From NCBI GenBank assembly GCA_036351375.1, contig JAZBOY010000293.1, positions 214-64,213 of the forward strand: a DNA stretch of 64,000 bases, in the 5' to 3' direction. Of the stretch, positions 9,911-19,762 are shown one piece after another (position 1 is the stretch's first letter; each line of letters starts with the position of its first letter). The DNA comes from Halieaceae bacterium (lineage in GTDB: Bacteria; Pseudomonadota; Gammaproteobacteria; Pseudomonadales; Halieaceae). A program made the translations under genes and the position numbers. The notes beneath the pieces are model-generated. The model had not been told where the DNA came from. It was given only the letters and a program-made list of their open reading frames with translations, and did no database searches.

Positions 9911-10850
9911 GTTTGCCCTTCTGATCGTTGCTGCAGGCCTGGTGGCCTGCAGCTCCGCTCCCACCCTCGACTCCAGGGCCTACACTGACGCACCGGTCCG
10001 TGTGGAGCTCACCGAGGTTCCGTACTTCCCCGACGACCCCTACCAGTGCGGTCCGCAGAGCCTCGCCATGCTGCTGACGGCATCCGGAATCGCCACGCAG
10101 CCAGACGCCCTGGTGGATGACGTTTACGTGCCCGGACGTCGCGGCAGCTTCGCAGCGGAGTTGCGCGCCGCGTCTCGCAGCCTTGGGCGCATTCCGTACC
10201 AGTTGGACCCTTCCCTGCCCGCGCTGGTCGCCGCACTGGCAGACGGTTACCCGGTATTGATCCTCCAGAACCTTGGCCTCGGTTTTGCGCCCACCTGGCA
10301 CTACGCCCTGGTGATCGGCTACGACCGACAGGAGGACGCGTTCCTGCTACGCAGTGGACCGCACGAGCGCCTGGTGATGAGCACCCGACACTTCGAACGC
10401 CGTTGGCGGCTGGGCGACTACTGGGCAATCGTGGCGCTGGCTCCCGGCGAGATGCCTGGCTGGGTTCAGAAGGAGCAATACGAAGAACAGTTGGCCTACC
10501 TGGAAACAGCGTGGAGCGCCTCGGTGGAGTCCGTTTATCAGCAGATGCTATCGCGCTGGCCTGACTCCACCAGCGCGAACCTTGGACTGGGAAATATCGC
10601 CTTCGGGCGAGGGCAGCTCGATGCGGCCCAAATACACTATCAGCAAGTGCTCGCCAGTGATGGCGAGAACATAGCTGCCCTGAATAACCTTGCCGAGGTA
10701 TACGGGCGCATGAACCGGGTGGAGGACGCCTTCGAAGTAGCTTGCCGCGCCAGGGCGCTCGCGGTCGACCACCCGCTTGAGTCTGCCGTTGCGGCGACAT
10801 TGCGTGGGCTGCAATCTCACTACCCCGGACATCGCTGCGCCGCGCTGTAA
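9882..10850 (+). CDS. PA2778-family (C39-like) cysteine peptidase lipoprotein with C-terminal TPR repeats
   Basis: YQCGPQSLAMLL catalytic-Cys context, WHYALVIGYD His context and a TPR-like C-terminus. Lipobox LVAC. The start is uncertain: GTG 9882 is preferred, and the track ATG is at 9825. Confidence 0.7.
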   Translation: MSPISSTTCRFALLIVAAGLVACSSAPTLDSRAYTDAPVRVELTEVPYFPDDPYQCGPQSLAMLLTASGIATQPDALVDDVYVPGRRGSFAAELRAASRSLGRIPYQLDPSLPALVAALADGYPVLILQNLGLGFAPTWHYALVIGYDRQEDAFLLRSGPHERLVMSTRHFERRWRLGDYWAIVALAPGEMPGWVQKEQYEEQLAYLETAWSASVESVYQQMLSRWPDSTSANLGLGNIAFGRGQLDAAQIHYQQVLASDGENIAALNNLAEVYGRMNRVEDAFEVACRARALAVDHPLESAVAATLRGLQSHYPGHRCAAL

Positions 10851-10932
10851 GAATTCTGACCGGTTTTGCTACAGTGACCTATGTTCTCGGAATAATCTGT
10901 TACCTATGCGATCGGAACAGACCGTCTTGATA

Positions 10933-11009
<77 letters not shown>

Positions 11010-11068
11010 TTTGCAAGGGTCAGCGATGATACAGCCAGCGTTGGGTGCAGTCCAGACGATCCGGCGGC

Positions 11069-12634
11069 TCAGGCCAGGGCGTCGTCCGCGACGAAGTACT
11101 GCGGGTCTTCGATGACGTTCACCTCCACCAGGCTGCCGGCCTTGCGTAGCAGGTGGCGGCAATCTGCGCTGAGGTGCACCAGGTGCAGGGCCTTGCCGCT
11201 GTTCAGGTAGCGCTCTGCGAGCGTGTCGATGGCTTCCAGCGCGGAGTGATCGCAGACCCGCGCACGGGCAAAGTCGATTACCACATCATCATTGGCGTCG
11301 GCAGGGTCAAACTGCTCAAGGAACGATGTAATCGAGCCGAAAAACAGTGGCCCGAACACGGCGTAGACGGTGGACCCCTTGTGGTCCTCGCGGGTTTCTA
11401 CCCGCACCTGCTTGGCGTGCTCCCAGGCAAACACCAACGCAGAGACTATCACTCCTACAATCACCGCCACTGCCAGGTCGGTGGCCACGGTCACGGCAGA
11501 CACCAGCACCAGCACCAGGGCGTCGCTGCGGGGCACCTTGCGGATGACCCTGAAGCTGCTCCATTCGAAGGTGCCGATCACCACAATAAACATGACTCCG
11601 ATCAGGGCAGCCATGGGAATCTGTTCGATCAGTGGTGAGGCCACCAGTATGAACAGCAGCAGGAAGAGGGCTGCGGATATGCCGGACAGGCGGCCGCGGC
11701 CCCCAGAGTTGACGTTGATCATGCTCTGGCCGATCATCGCGCAGCCGCCCATGCCGCCGAACAGTCCGGTGACGGTGTTGGCGACCCCCTGGCCAATGCA
11801 TTCCTTGTTGCCGCGACCGCGGGTTTCGGTGATCTCGTCCACCAACCGCAGGGTCAACAGGGATTCGATCAGGCCGATGGAGGCGAGAATGGCCGAGTAC
11901 GGGAAAATGATGGTCAGCGTTTCCCAGTTGAGGGGCACGCTGGGAATATGAAAGCCGGGCAGGCCGCCCTTGATGGAGGCGATATCCCCCACTACCCGGG
12001 TATCCAGCCCCAGGCCGAACACCAGCAGGCTCACGGCCACAATGGCCACCAGCGAAGACGGCACCAGGGTAGTGATGCGGGGCAGCAGGTGGATGATCGC
12101 CATGGTCAGCAGCACCAGGCCGATCAGCAGGGTGAGCTCGGCGCCTTCAAGCCACGCCACATCGATGATGCTGCCCTGCAGCGCGGTGCCCTGCAGCCAG
12201 CCGGGCTCGCCGGCCACCCCGAACTGGCTTAGCTGGGCCAGGAAGATCACGATGGCGAGGCCGTTTACAAAGCCCAGCATTACCGGGTGCGGCACCATGC
12301 GGATAAACTTTCCGAGTTTGAGTGCCCCCGCCAGGATTTGCAGCATGCCCATCAACACCACGGCGGCGAACAGGTATTCGACACCGTGGTCTGCCACCAG
12401 CGCCACCATCACCACGGCCAGCGCGCCGGTGGCGCCGGAAATCATGCCGGGGCGACCGCCGATGCAAGCGGTGATCAGCCCCACCATGAAAGCGGCGTAA
12501 AGGCCCACCAGGGGCTCGACGCCGGCAACAAACGCAAAGGCCACCGCCTCCGGCACCAGCGCCAGGGCAACGGTCAGTCCCGACAGGATGTCGCTGCGGA
12601 TTGTTGCGACCTTGTTGGGGTGAATCTCAAACAT
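11069..12634 (-). CDS. SulP-family anion (sulfate/bicarbonate) transporter with C-terminal STAS domain
   Basis: About 520 aa, polytopic. [18 protein letters not shown]-terminal motif and a STAS-like C-terminus. The track start at 12643 is GTG; the ATG is at 12634. Confidence 0.9.
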   Translation of the reverse strand: MFEIHPNKVATIRSDILSGLTVALALVPEAVAFAFVAGVEPLVGLYAAFMVGLITACIGGRPGMISGATGALAVVMVALVADHGVEYLFAAVVLMGMLQILAGALKLGKFIRMVPHPVMLGFVNGLAIVIFLAQLSQFGVAGEPGWLQGTALQGSIIDVAWLEGAELTLLIGLVLLTMAIIHLLPRITTLVPSSLVAIVAVSLLVFGLGLDTRVVGDIASIKGGLPGFHIPSVPLNWETLTIIFPYSAILASIGLIESLLTLRLVDEITETRGRGNKECIGQGVANTVTGLFGGMGGCAMIGQSMINVNSGGRGRLSGISAALFLLLFILVASPLIEQIPMAALIGVMFIVVIGTFEWSSFRVIRKVPRSDALVLVLVSAVTVATDLAVAVIVGVIVSALVFAWEHAKQVRVETREDHKGSTVYAVFGPLFFGSITSFLEQFDPADANDDVVIDFARARVCDHSALEAIDTLAERYLNSGKALHLVHLSADCRHLLRKAGSLVEVNVIEDPQYFVADDALA

Positions 12635-12932
12635 GCAAAACACTCATCACTTTAAAATGGCAATAGCCGGGCGCCAGCGCATTGCGGGCGCTGGTGTCCT
12701 GGGCGGTGGTACCGATCGACGGGAATGGTTGTTATACGGCGAGGCGGGCGCGCATGTTACAGGGAATGGGCCTGGAATGCAGCCGGGGGATGTGCGCTGT
12801 GTAATGCGTCCAGTCGCAATAGGCAGCGGGCAATGCGGCGAAGCGATGTCATCGCAGGACGAGGCGTATAGCGCGGAAATCGGGCGGCGCGCAGACTGGT
12901 GTTGTCAGGGGGACTGATAACAGGACAACACC

Positions 12933-14396
12933 ATGAAAACGATAATTCGCGGCGCAATGATGGCGCTGCTGTTGGTAACCGGGGCTGCGCAGGCCCAGGA
13001 TGACGAGTTCGATGTGGGTGCATTGATCGACCGGGTGGTGGCCGCCTATGGCGGTGATGCCCTCACCGGGATGCGCAACTACGAGATTGTCGAGGCCTAC
13101 ATCGGCCCCAACCTGGGGCAGAGCTGGGCGCCGGAGCTTTCCGACCTCAACAAGAACAATCTGCGCTTTGTGCACGATATTGAGAACGGCCGGGCCTATT
13201 TCGAGAGCTACTTCAAAGCGCGGGGCGGCATCTTCCCGAACCTGATCATCGTCAACGGCGAAGACGCCTTGACGGTGAACCTGATGATCAACCGCCACGG
13301 CGAGGCCAACTCGGCTGACCCCTATACCTTTGGCGGCGGCACCATGCGTACCACGGATACGCTGCTGGCGCGGCAGCTGCATGCCGCCCGCGATGAGGCC
13401 GAGTACCTTGGCCCCACCCGCTGGCTGAACCGGCCCCACGAGCAGGTGAAGATGCCGTTTCCGCTGAGCCCCGACCTTGTTCTCTTCATCGATGCCGAGA
13501 CCCACATGGTCACCCGTATGACCCGCGAGAACCCGCAGCTTGGCGCGCTGGACTACGTGTTTGATGACCACGTCGAAGTTGACGGCATCATGGCGGCCAA
13601 ACGGGTGTTCTTCTCGGTGGCGGGCGACCCGAACCTGATCAGCACTGGGCGCACGGTGCGCTTCAACCGCGATCTCGACGACGGCCTGTTTGAACGACCG
13701 GCGAAGACCGAGCCCGAGGGCGAACGCATCGACACCAGTGAAATGGTCGTCAACCGGCTGGCCAACAACGTCTACCACATCGGCCAGAACGGGGGTTATT
13801 CCATCTTTGTCGATACCGGCACGGAAGTGGTCGGCTGCGGCGGTTACCCGGGGCTGCGCGATCGACTGGCGAAATTCCAGGAGGCCATCGGTGCCCACAA
13901 GCGCCTCGCCTACCAGGTGGTAACGCACCACCACAACGACCACCTCGGTGGCATTGATGAGGCTTTGTCGCTGGGCGCCACCCTGGTCACCGTGGACGAC
14001 ACCGTGGAGGTGATACGCGATCTCAGCCAGCTGGCGCCGGAAAGCGGGCGGTTCCTCACCGTCAACGGCCGCATGACTCTGGGTGATGGCAAGGACCGGG
14101 TCGAGATCTACGATGTCTCGACCGTGCACTCTCGCAGCAACCTGCTGTTCTACGTGCCCGCCACTCGCACCGTGTTCATGGCCGATCATTTCGGCTCGCC
14201 CTACGCTGAAGGCGTGCCGGCGGCCACTCGCAATACCGTGAGCATGGCTGAGGCCCTTGAGCCCCTGGAACTGAATTACAACCGCATCGTCACGGCCCAC
14301 AACGCGAGGGTCTATACGGCCCGCGATTTTGAACGCTCGGTGCAGAGCTTCCGTGACTTCGACTGCCCGGACGACAGGCCGCTGTGTTCGCGCTGA
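12933..14396 (+). CDS. Secreted MBL-fold metallo-hydrolase with about 270-aa N-terminal extra domain
   Basis: Signal peptide. The HHHNDH (HxHxDH) zinc motif lies late in the protein (about aa 330). Confidence 0.8.
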   Translation: MKTIIRGAMMALLLVTGAAQAQDDEFDVGALIDRVVAAYGGDALTGMRNYEIVEAYIGPNLGQSWAPELSDLNKNNLRFVHDIENGRAYFESYFKARGGIFPNLIIVNGEDALTVNLMINRHGEANSADPYTFGGGTMRTTDTLLARQLHAARDEAEYLGPTRWLNRPHEQVKMPFPLSPDLVLFIDAETHMVTRMTRENPQLGALDYVFDDHVEVDGIMAAKRVFFSVAGDPNLISTGRTVRFNRDLDDGLFERPAKTEPEGERIDTSEMVVNRLANNVYHIGQNGGYSIFVDTGTEVVGCGGYPGLRDRLAKFQEAIGAHKRLAYQVVTHHHNDHLGGIDEALSLGATLVTVDDTVEVIRDLSQLAPESGRFLTVNGRMTLGDGKDRVEIYDVSTVHSRSNLLFYVPATRTVFMADHFGSPYAEGVPAATRNTVSMAEALEPLELNYNRIVTAHNARVYTARDFERSVQSFRDFDCPDDRPLCSR

Positions 14397-14731
14397 TGCG
14401 TCCGGAGAAGAACTTGCCGGGTAGCTGATTGCCCGCAGGTCGGCACCGTGCCCCCATAGCTCAGGTGTCGGCCTTTTCCGCCCGGTCGGGTCCTCCCTGG
14501 GGCCCGTGCCGGGCTTTCTTATTGGCAGTATGTGTGCTCAGCCGGGCGCCAGCCTGCGCTAGACCTGTTTGACGCCCCTCCCGCCTTAGCCTCCTCCAGC
14601 TGTTGCATTCGCGACCATCACCAACCGCTGCAATCACAGCGCAACAGGATTGTCATCTTCTGCTGCTATGTTGCGTTGCTCTCCCGTTAACTCATCCGTC
14701 GGTTTACCCGGCCCAAAAAAAGGAAAATATC

Positions 14732-16459
14732 ATGGGTTACTGCTTTGAGCGTGTGAGTCAAATTACCCTCGCGAGCGTGATGGCCGCGTCTGCCCTGACT
14801 GCCCAGGCGGGCATCGAGCTGGAACTCCTCGGCACCTACGGCCAACCGGACCCGGCCGCCGCCTTTGATGAGAGCGCCGCCGAAATCGTTGCCTTCGACA
14901 AAAGAAGCCAGCGGCTTTTCGTCACCAACGGCAACGAAAAGGTGCTGGACATCATCAGCATCAGCGACCCCGCTTCACCGTCACTGGTGGGTTCGATCAA
15001 TGTGACGGACAACCCCGATTTCGGTGCCTTTGTGGGCGGTGGCGCCAATAGTGTGGCCGTATACAAGGGCCTTGTGGCAGCAGCCATCGAGGCTGATACC
15101 GTTACCGATGACGGTGCGGTGGCCTTCTTTGACACAGACGGCAACTTCCTCAGCCTTGCAATCGTTTGTGCCCTCCCAGATATGCTCACCTTTACGCCCG
15201 ACGGCTCCAAAGTGCTCGCGGCCTGCGAAGGAGAGCCGGATGAAGGCGTGGACCCGGAAGGCGGTGTCGCGATCATCGACGTAAAGCGGGATGGCGACAT
15301 CAGGCGCATCCGTATTGCCGATTTCAATGACTTTGATGACGACGTCGATACGCTCCGCGCCGCGGGCGTTCGCCTGTTCCCGGAAGTGGGAACGCCGCCG
15401 TTGGCTGAAGGAGAAATCAGCGTCAGCCAGGACGTCGAGCCCGAGTACATTGGTGTCGACAAGAAAGGCAAGACGGCCTACGTAACCCTACAGGAGGCCA
15501 ATGCCCTGGCTGTGGTCAATATTCGTCGCGGCGTGATCACTGATATTCTCCCGCTCGGCACCAAAGACCACAGTCTTGCAGGCAACGGCCTGGACCCCTC
15601 TGATCGCGACGGCGGCATTGCCATCGGCACCTGGCCGGTTCGAGGCCTGTACATGCCCGATGCTATTGACTGCTATACGCCAAAGGGCCGGGGCAAGGGT
15701 CGGGGCAAGAAGACCTTCTGTATTACCGCCAACGAGGGCGACGACCGCGGTGACGCCGACGAAGATGCACGCGGCGACGCCATTCGTTTCAAGGATATTG
15801 AAGACGTGGTGTCCTTTGGCCGTACTGGTCTCAATGCCAGCGCAGCGCTGGACGCCATGGATTTGGGCGCTGATGAAGCGCTGGGTCGGCTCAATATCTC
15901 CAGCATCGATGGCATCGATGAAAACGGCGACCTCGACCAGCTCTTTGCCTACGGCGCCCGATCCTTCTCTATCTGGGACGAACACGGCAACCTGGTCTTC
16001 GATAGCGGCGACATGCTGGAACAGATCACGTCTCTGGCATTCCCCGAATACTTCAACGCATCCAATGATGCCAATGAAGACGACGGCGCGCCCGCCATCG
16101 ACGATCGCAGCGACAATAAAGGCCCTGAGCCTGAGGCCGTTACCATTGCGAAAATCAGGGGCCAACACTACGCCTTCATCGGCCTGGAGCGCATTGGCGG
16201 CGTCGCGGTCTTTGACGTAAGCGACCCGAAAGATCCCGAGTTCGTGCTGTACGAAAACAACCGGGATTTCCTCGCCGACAACGAGGCTGTCGAAATGGGC
16301 CTTGCGGGCGACTTCGGGCCCGAGAGTATCCTGATCATCGAAAAGAAAGACAGCCCCCTCAGGGGAACAGCACTGATGGTTGTGGCCAACGAGGTCAGTG
16401 GCACCACCACTGTCTATGCGATCCACGAAGTCAGGGGCAGAGGCCGGGGCAAGAAGTAA
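14732..16459 (+). CDS. Choice-of-anchor-I-like secreted beta-propeller protein (phosphatase/phytase-like family)
   Basis: ATG 14732 follows AAAGGAAA and gives the signal peptide MGYCFERVSQITLASVMAASALTAQA. The repeated SAAEIVAFD..RLFVTNG / PEYIGVD..AYVTLQEANALAVV pattern is typical of this family. The upstream ORF extension to 14603 is rejected. Confidence 0.7.
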   Translation: MGYCFERVSQITLASVMAASALTAQAGIELELLGTYGQPDPAAAFDESAAEIVAFDKRSQRLFVTNGNEKVLDIISISDPASPSLVGSINVTDNPDFGAFVGGGANSVAVYKGLVAAAIEADTVTDDGAVAFFDTDGNFLSLAIVCALPDMLTFTPDGSKVLAACEGEPDEGVDPEGGVAIIDVKRDGDIRRIRIADFNDFDDDVDTLRAAGVRLFPEVGTPPLAEGEISVSQDVEPEYIGVDKKGKTAYVTLQEANALAVVNIRRGVITDILPLGTKDHSLAGNGLDPSDRDGGIAIGTWPVRGLYMPDAIDCYTPKGRGKGRGKKTFCITANEGDDRGDADEDARGDAIRFKDIEDVVSFGRTGLNASAALDAMDLGADEALGRLNISSIDGIDENGDLDQLFAYGARSFSIWDEHGNLVFDSGDMLEQITSLAFPEYFNASNDANEDDGAPAIDDRSDNKGPEPEAVTIAKIRGQHYAFIGLERIGGVAVFDVSDPKDPEFVLYENNRDFLADNEAVEMGLAGDFGPESILIIEKKDSPLRGTALMVVANEVSGTTTVYAIHEVRGRGRGKK

Positions 16460-16531
16460 GTCCTGGTCCACCCGTCACTGGGAGCCACGCCCGTACTTGA
16501 TACGGCAGGCTCCCGGTGGCGCCAGCCTGGT

Positions 16532-16573
16532 GCGGCCGGCTAGGCGCGGCCGGCGAGGCGCGGCCGGCGAGGC
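16532..16573. repeat. Intergenic 14-bp tandem repeat x3
   Basis: gcggccggctaggc gcggccggcgaggc gcggccggcgaggc. Confidence 0.85.
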
Positions 16574-16671
16574 GCTCTCCCTGGTCCCACCTCCGGGTTA
16601 GCGCCTGAATCTGGCCGGTCTCCGACCGAGCCTTGTTGTTGGTATGATGCGTCCAGACCGGACGCACACCC

Positions 16672-17697
16672 ATGCCAGACCTGCTTATCGCCGCCATCAG
16701 TTTCAGCCTCGCCCAGGTGGGCCTGGGGCTGGCACTGTTGCTGCGTCAGCCCGGCTGGGGCATTCGTGAGCGGCTGTACGCGCTGTTGATGGTGGCGATC
16801 ACCGCCTACCTGTGTATGCCGCTGGTGCCCGGCACCCCGTTCGAGATTCCCGCCGCCACCCTGCAAACCGCTGTCCCCGGGGCCTTCTACCTGTTCAGCG
16901 CGAGCGTGTTTGACGACGACTTCCGGTTGCGCCCCTGGCAGTTGGGGCTGGTGGGTTTCACGGTGTTGATGCCGCTGGTGGGTATGCTCGTGCCAGGGGC
17001 ACCGCGCTGGCTGTTTTTCACGCTGCCCCAGGCAGCGGAGTTTGTCCTGCTGGGGCTTACCCTGTGGGTGGTGTCGCGGCACTGGCGCACCGACCTGGTG
17101 GAGGCCCGCCGTCGACTGCGGCTGGGCTATGTCGGGATCAACGGCGCCTACCTGCTGTTGCTGGTGATGTCGCGGGAAATTCTGTTCCCTGGCGCCGCAT
17201 GGCTGGCTACCTGGGAATACCTGCCGCCGGCGCTGCTGCTGTTTGTTATCAACCTGTTCCTGCTCGAGTACCGCAGCGGTCTGCTGTTCCTGCCGGCAGA
17301 AAAGCCGCCCGTCGCAGAGGCGCCACCAGTGGCGGTGGCCCCTGAACTGCTCACCCGCCTCGAGCAACACATGCAGGCCGAGACCGCCTGGCGCCAGATG
17401 GGCCTGACCCTGGGTGAGCTGGCGGCCCAAATTGAGGTGCCCCAGTACCGCCTGCGGCAGGCCATCAACGGCGGCCTGGGGTATCGAAATTTCAGTGATT
17501 TCCTCAACAGCTACCGGGTGAAAGAGGCGGCCGAGCGCCTGGCCAGCCCGGCGGATGCCCAGCTGCCGGTGCTCACCATTGCCATGGATGCCGGTTTTCG
17601 GTCGTTGAGTTCCTTCAACAAGGCCTTCAAGGAGGTCCATCAGCAAACTCCCACTGCCTGGCGGCGGGCTCATCTCGGCAGCGTTGACGCAGCCTGA
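16672..17697 (+). CDS. AraC/XylS-family transcriptional regulator with polytopic membrane N-terminal domain
   Basis: About 200 aa of hydrophobic helices, then a C-terminal AraC HTH (LTLGELAAQIEVPQYRLRQAIN...GFRSLSSFNKAFKEVHQQTP). Confidence 0.85.
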   Translation: MPDLLIAAISFSLAQVGLGLALLLRQPGWGIRERLYALLMVAITAYLCMPLVPGTPFEIPAATLQTAVPGAFYLFSASVFDDDFRLRPWQLGLVGFTVLMPLVGMLVPGAPRWLFFTLPQAAEFVLLGLTLWVVSRHWRTDLVEARRRLRLGYVGINGAYLLLLVMSREILFPGAAWLATWEYLPPALLLFVINLFLLEYRSGLLFLPAEKPPVAEAPPVAVAPELLTRLEQHMQAETAWRQMGLTLGELAAQIEVPQYRLRQAINGGLGYRNFSDFLNSYRVKEAAERLASPADAQLPVLTIAMDAGFRSLSSFNKAFKEVHQQTPTAWRRAHLGSVDAA

Positions 17698-17831
17698 ATG
17701 GTCTGATCAGGCCAATATTGCGCTCCTTTAACGAGAAAATGCTGACGGATTCTTAAAATTCGGCAGATTTCGGCGTCCAGAAGGCCATAATCTGCGGAAT
17801 TCGCTCGGGGGAGCACGTTCGGGAACGTCAC

Positions 17832-18464
17832 ATGAAAAGCATCAAAACCGCCATCGCCGGCCTGGCTATCGCCCTGGCAGCGACCATGGCAACCGTCGCC
17901 CACGGGGCAGACCTGGAGGCCGGTAAGGCCAGCTACGGTACCTGCGCTGCCTGCCACGGCAGTGATGCGGCGGGCAATCCCGCGCTCAACGCGCCGGCAT
18001 TGGCCGGCCAGTCCGCCGACTACCTGGCGCGCCAGATCACCCACTACCAGGCCGGCATTCGCGGTGCCGACGCCCGCGACACCCTTGGCCGCCAGATGCA
18101 GGGCATGGCCGCCACCCTGACAAGCCCGGAGGCGGTTGCCAATGTGGCGGCTTATATTGCCAGCCTGCCCGCTGGTGACGGCGGCGAGGCGGGTGAGCAT
18201 GACAAGCGCAACGGCGAGGTGCAGTACAACGCCAACTGCGGCGCCTGCCACGGCGCCAATGCCCAGGGCAATCCCGCGTTGAACGCCCCCAATCTTGCCA
18301 CCCTGGATGAGGCCTACCTGCGCCGCCAGTACCAGAATTTCCAACAGGGCATCCGCGGCAGCCATCCGGAAGACAAGTACGGCCGCCAGATGCAAATGAT
18401 GTCCAGCATGCTGGGCTCAGATAAAGACCTCGACGACGTCATCGGCTTTATCCTCGCGCAATGA
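17832..18464 (+). CDS. Di-haem cytochrome c4-like protein
   Basis: Signal peptide. Two CxxCH motifs (CAACHG, CGACHG) sit in duplicated modules, each with a downstream GRQMQ-M Met-ligand context. Confidence 0.85.
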   Translation: MKSIKTAIAGLAIALAATMATVAHGADLEAGKASYGTCAACHGSDAAGNPALNAPALAGQSADYLARQITHYQAGIRGADARDTLGRQMQGMAATLTSPEAVANVAAYIASLPAGDGGEAGEHDKRNGEVQYNANCGACHGANAQGNPALNAPNLATLDEAYLRRQYQNFQQGIRGSHPEDKYGRQMQMMSSMLGSDKDLDDVIGFILAQ

Positions 18465-19762
18465 TCTCCCGTGGCAGCACAGTATTCCTGGCCGCAGCCT
18501 TCGCTCTCTGGGCGGGGCTGGCGGCGCTGGTGGCCTCTGCCTGGGAAGCGACCTCAGCCACCACGCCGCTGGCATCTGAGCCACGGGAGATGGCGAGCTG
18601 GGCGCCGGAAGATATCGTGCTGTCCAGCCACTGCCCGCCGGGCTTTGAGGACACCGGCGCCGAGGGCTGCAAGCTGCGCAACCTGTACCAGTTCTATGAC
18701 TCGCTGCAGGACCGCGGCGTCGGTGGCACCCAGACAGCTCTGCCGGCCCACCGCGACGGCTTCAGCCCGGAAGAAATCGACCTGGGCCGTTACCTGTTTT
18801 TTGATCCGGCCCTGTCCGGCGACGGCAGCCATTCCTGCGCCAGCTGTCATCACCCCGATATGGGCTTCAGCGACGGCCGCGGCCGCGCCATCGGCGTGGC
18901 GGGCCACCCGGTAAAGCGCTCTTCGCCGACACTGTGGAACGTGGCTTTCCTCGACCAGCTATTCTGGGACGTACGCGCCAGTTCGCTGGAAGAGCAGGCC
19001 CAGGGGCCACTCTACTCGCCGGAGGAGATGGGCAACACGCCGCAGCAGCTGCTGGCCACCCTCAACGGCAATGAGACATACCGACGCCTGTTCCGCCAGG
19101 CCTACCCTGAGGCTGAGCTCGACGAAATCAGCCTGGGCCAGGTGTACCGCGCGCTGGCGGCCTTCCAGACCTCGCTGATTTCCCTGAACAGCCGCTACGA
19201 CCGCTACGCCCACGGCTACCACGCCGCGCTCAACGAGCGCGAAGTCGCGGGCATGAACGTGTTCCGCTCGTTTGTGGCGCGCTGCGCTGAGTGCCACACG
19301 CCGCCGCTGTTTACCAACCAGCAGGTGGCGGTCATCGGTGCGCCCGAGCCTGAAGGCCTGCCGCTGGATGTCGGCGCCGAGGCGACCTGGGGTGCGGCCA
19401 AGATGAAGGGCGGCTTCAAGGTGCCGACCCTGCGCAATATCGAGAAAACCGCTCCCTACATGCACTCCGGCCGCTTTGCCACCCTGCGCGAGACGGTGGA
19501 GTTCTACACCAAGGGCCGCGGCCATGCGGTGCCCGAGGGTGTCGATATGCACATCCATTGGCATATCTGGGATCCGAAACTGACCGACGAGGAGCTCGAC
19601 CTGGTAGTGGATTTCCTCAAGACCCTTACAGACGAAACGTTTTCACCGCCTATCCCCGGGGTTGTTCCCTCGGGCCTGGCGCCGATCGGGGTATCACCAC
19701 TTGATAACAAGCCGCCGGCAACTGCAGACCGCGCGAGCACACACAAAGGAGCAGCATCATGA
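18461..19762 (+). CDS. Di-haem cytochrome c peroxidase family protein (CCP/MauG-like)
   Basis: CASCHHP and CAECHTPPLFTN haem motifs; GRYLFFDPALSGDGSHSCASCH is typical of the CCP/MauG family. ATGA overlaps with both neighbours. Confidence 0.88.
   Translation: MISRGSTVFLAAAFALWAGLAALVASAWEATSATTPLASEPREMASWAPEDIVLSSHCPPGFEDTGAEGCKLRNLYQFYDSLQDRGVGGTQTALPAHRDGFSPEEIDLGRYLFFDPALSGDGSHSCASCHHPDMGFSDGRGRAIGVAGHPVKRSSPTLWNVAFLDQLFWDVRASSLEEQAQGPLYSPEEMGNTPQQLLATLNGNETYRRLFRQAYPEAELDEISLGQVYRALAAFQTSLISLNSRYDRYAHGYHAALNEREVAGMNVFRSFVARCAECHTPPLFTNQQVAVIGAPEPEGLPLDVGAEATWGAAKMKGGFKVPTLRNIEKTAPYMHSGRFATLRETVEFYTKGRGHAVPEGVDMHIHWHIWDPKLTDEELDLVVDFLKTLTDETFSPPIPGVVPSGLAPIGVSPLDNKPPATADRASTHKGAAS

Noticed and set aside
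14650-14667. Possible Pho box (TTGTCAT-CTT-CTGCTGC) upstream of the phosphatase-like propeller gene
   Set aside because: Only the first half-site matches CTGTCAT. The second is poor and the spacing is 10 rather than 11 bp, so this is insufficient evidence.
14603-14731. N-terminal extension of the choice-of-anchor ORF
   Set aside because: The internal ATG at 14732 has an RBS and yields a canonical signal peptide. The extension has an odd composition.
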